DNA from: an uncultured delta proteobacterium
GTDB taxonomy: Bacteria > Desulfobacterota > Desulfobacteria > Desulfobacterales > QNYZ01
Assembly: GCA_963845145.1 (NCBI GenBank)
Contig: CAWJQU010000003.1
Coordinates: 224,001 to 288,000, forward strand
Length of the DNA stretch: 64,000 bases
Direction: 5' to 3'
The notes under the pieces are model-generated. The model saw nothing but the letters and a program-made list of their open reading frames with translations, did no database searches and had not been told where the DNA came from. Below, in pieces: positions 60,678-64,000 of the stretch. Position numbers and translations under genes: made by a program. Position 1 is the stretch's first letter. Each line of letters begins with the position of its first letter.

Positions 60678-63415
60678 TTAATGATCAAGGACTTGTCGAA
60701 CCGTGGAAACCAAATCCGAGATTCTGAAAGGCTTACTCACCAATGGCGGTGGGAAACTTCCCAACGATTTCATTAAATCCTCGTTTCCACCAAAACCGCT
60801 GCAGATAATCGCTTTTATGTCGGGCTCGACCTGTTTGATCTTGTTGAGTGTCTCGGCGCCATTCAATCCGGGCATAATCAAATCAAGAATCACCAAATCG
60901 ATTTTTGACTGTTTTTCTTTGTAAAGCGCCAATGCTTCCAGGCCGTCTTTGGCTAATAATACCTGATAACCGTAGAGGGTCAGGATCTCGGCGCCAAGGT
61001 TACGGACCAGATCTTCATCATCAGCGATCAACACTGTTTCCGTTCCACCATGCATCGAGCGGGGTGGATCGACAATTTCCAGTTGGACTTCTTCCAACGT
61101 AGCGGGAAAGAGAAGGTCGAAGGTTGTCCCCTTTCCTATTTTACTTTCGACAAAAACATGCCCATCACAGTTCTTAACGATGGCGTAAACCATCGCCAAC
61201 CCGAGCCCGGACCCTTTGCCCACCGGTTTGGTAGTAAAAAACGGGTCGAAAATTCGATCCAACACATCATTCGGTATGCCGGTGCCGTCGTCTTGCACAC
61301 GTAAACGCATGTAACGGTGGTCGCCCGCAATGGCCTGCCGATAGCGTCTATTTTCCTTTTCTTTCATATCAATCGGCGCCGTTGAGACAGTTAACCTTCC
61401 GCCGTTGGGCATGGCATCCCTGGCGTTTAAGCAAAGGTTGACCAAGGCTTGCTGCACCTGGGTTGCATTCCCCTTGATGGCCGGTAAATCAGAGGCTAAA
61501 TCCAAGTTAAGGTCCACGCCCTTGCCAAGGGAGCTTTCCAACAGATGTAACATGTCGTTGATGACCCGATTTATGATAAATATCTGGGCGCCATCAGGTT
61601 CCGTGTTTTTACTGAACGCCATTAATTGCCGTACGATATCGGCAGCCCGAAGCCCTGAAGTCTCAATGATGTCCAGATATTTGTTCAGCTTGTCATTCGA
61701 AGCCAAATGCTGCTTCATCAGGGATCCACTCTCAAGAATCATCGTGAGAATGTTGTTAAAATCGTGGGCAATCCCACTAGCCATGGTACCAATACTGTCC
61801 ATTTTTTGTTGATGCAGGATGCGGTCTTCCAGTTCCTTTTTATCGGTAATATCGGTAATGGTCGCAAAACTGCCATGATAGCTGCCGTTTTCCCTGACCG
61901 GAACACTACTTACAATGGTAAACACCGGTTTGCCATCATTGTGCACCATCTGGAGCTCTTCCTGGATCACCTGGCCTTGTTGGTTAAGTTTTAAAATTTC
62001 GGCCAATTTTGTGCGGTCATCTTGAAAAACAAAATCGGATATATTTCTACCCACAATACTTCGAGACCCCAGCATGCTAGTCATCCGCCCGTTGGCAAAG
62101 GTAATTCGGTCTTCATCGTCAAGCACCCAAATCCCCTCATGGGCATTTTCCACCAACTCTCTATATTTTTTTTCAGATTGTTCCAACTGCCGGTAAAGGT
62201 CCACATTGGATAAAGCAATGGCGATCTGATTGGAGTAGCTGGTGAGAAAGTCTTTTTCTTCCGTCAGCGCTTGACTGGTGGGCGTAAATTGATCACCGAC
62301 CAAAACGCCGATTACCTTATCCCGGGCAATCAATGGCAATACAATGAATCCTTTTGGCGTAAACTTCTTCACGAGGCGATTGGTCAGATTAATGGGGTAG
62401 TGGTTGACATCATCGACAATTTCAGCGGCTCCGGTCCGAGCCACCCGTGCCAGGATATTGGACTCTTTATCCAATGGCACGCCATAGTCTTTGATATCAT
62501 TGAGGTCACTCTGCTCGATCCCTTTGGCATGGGCCAAACAAAGTGTTTTATTTTTTTCATTCAACAAAAAGATCGCCGCGCGATCCAAGGAGGACACTTT
62601 CACCAATTGCGACAGGATAGATTTCATCAGCTTATTTCGATCCAGGATGGAAAGGATCGCGGTGCCCGATTGCTGAAAACTGATAAGACGGTTGAGTTGT
62701 GATTCAAGCTGAATGTTGAGGTGGTGAACTTCACTGTATTTTTCTTTTAAAAGCGCCTTGTCGCGTTCAAGCTCTTCAATGGATGCTTTTGCGATTGTCC
62801 ATGGAATGAAAAGGCGCCTTAGCGACCCTCTGAGCGAAGAAGGGCGCTGCCAGGTGATATCATATTCGCAATATGCATCGCCTTTAAAAAAACACTTTCG
62901 CTCCACCAATTCACAGGGGGGGTCCTTCCAAATGACGGGAACAGCTGTATACACGCCCTTGTTCATTGAGCAAAAATCGGAGGTAACCGGAACATCCTTA
63001 AACCACTTAAGCCTAACGATCACACCATCTTTTTTTCGATCGACTATTTCAACGGTTTTATTCCGGTTAAATTTGTCGTTGAGATTTTGCAAACGCTCGA
63101 TGATGCGCCGCGATGGCGATATTGGAAAAACAGAACGCGCTGGATATACCCCAATCGGCGTCTGGCCACAGATTCATAACCGATATCGTAAACGATATCA
63201 CTTTTATTAAAAAGGTCTTTGGTCTTGTTGTATAACGCAATCAGGACTTCGGTGGAGATCCAATTATTGGGGTCGGATAAAAAGGCTTTTAAATCCTCAA
63301 CTTCCGGAAAGATGGGCTTGACCGATTCCAGCAGGGGGGCAACCAGCGAGGCATCATGTGCTTCAACAAAGTCAATGACCGCTTTGGTATTGATGCAGCT
63401 ATTATGCCTCTCCAT
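60678..63415 (-). CDS. Hybrid histidine kinase (H-NOX/V4R-like, GAF, PAS, HisKA, HATPase, REC), frameshifted at 63126-63130
   Basis: One extra T joins ORF 63044-63415 to 60678-63092 ([19 protein letters not shown]); C-x5-G..ERKC..GDAYCEY; AHDFNN, PFFTTK, REC. Confidence 0.85.
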
Positions 63416-63703
63416 GGGTACAAGCCTTCTTTGATCGAATGTCTCTGGAAAACAGTTATATCTCTAATTTCATCTCAATTGAACGCATTTCGGAAGCATC
63501 GATCAGGATATGGAGGCCAGGCTCGTTTTAACCAGTGGGGAGAAACCATACAGGTGTCCGGATCATTTTTTTCACCCTTTGCATATAATCTGGCCAACCC
63601 TGTTAGGAAACATTTTGCTTATAATGAGAATAAGTATTCATAGGTCTTTCTGTTGGATCTGTCAAACACTAATATGGCCAAATGTTCAACAAAAAAAGCC
63701 GTT

Positions 63704-64000
63704 CTACTTCCAGGCGTAGATGACGAGGCTTTTCCCCATCAAGGGATTTAACAATCGGTCAACCTTTCGAAGTACCGCCGGTTGCTGCATGATTTCCCAG
63801 GTTAAAAAACGCTCGTAGATCCGAATCAGCCTTCTATCGTTTCGGGTCGGTCCGAGAAGGCATTTTAACCACCAATAAGGCGTGTGAAGACTATGCGCAA
63901 AGTGTTTTCGCCGCGGCTTAAAACCCGCCTCTGCAAGCAGCGTAACCAATTTGCGTTCGCGATAAATGCGAACATGTCCCCCCGGACTCATGCGATATTC
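63704..64000 (-). CDS. Probable class I methyltransferase, C-terminal part (5' end runs off the window)
   Basis: GGHVRIY, HSLHTPYWWLKC, LNPLMGKSLVIY. Confidence 0.6.
   Translation of the reverse strand, partial: EYRMSPGGHVRIYRERKLVTLLAEAGFKPRRKHFAHSLHTPYWWLKCLLGPTRNDRRLIRIYERFLTWEIMQQPAVLRKVDRLLNPLMGKSLVIYAWK

Overview
Bacterial chromosomal window, about 45-50% GC by eye. Gene content and order are consistent with a Desulfobacterota/Desulfobacterales-like organism (inference). The housekeeping backbone comprises holA-lspA-ileS-pal, ftsB, rpsT, lptE-leuS, an RNase E/G, yajC-secD-secF-dprA-topA, prmA, glk, a birA-bioY-ECF biotin operon, tRNA-Lys and tRNA-Glu. Features hidden from the ORF track: (1) a probable selenoprotein, a rhodanese with in-frame UGA at the catalytic Cys position and a SECIS-like hairpin, fused to a rubrerythrin-like di-iron domain and heading a redox operon; (2) a tRNA-Glu flanked by two 5'-half and two 3'-half copies of itself, each with the anticodon arm replaced by a related 20-nt hairpin; (3) a decayed accessory island (about 46.5-51.9 kb) with three fragments of an IR-flanked HUH/Y1 transposase, a 156-bp palindromic MITE whose empty site is also in the window, a broken HigBA-type TA pair and a DUF1554-like secreted protein; (4) an in-frame Fur/PerR-catalase deletion chimera; (5) an IS200 element, an ISAs1 remnant and a REPIN. 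Four genes are split by single-base frameshifts, most likely assembly errors: holA, pal, the 14.1-15.2 kb gene and the 60.7-63.4 kb kinase. All calls come from motif recognition only; no searches were run.
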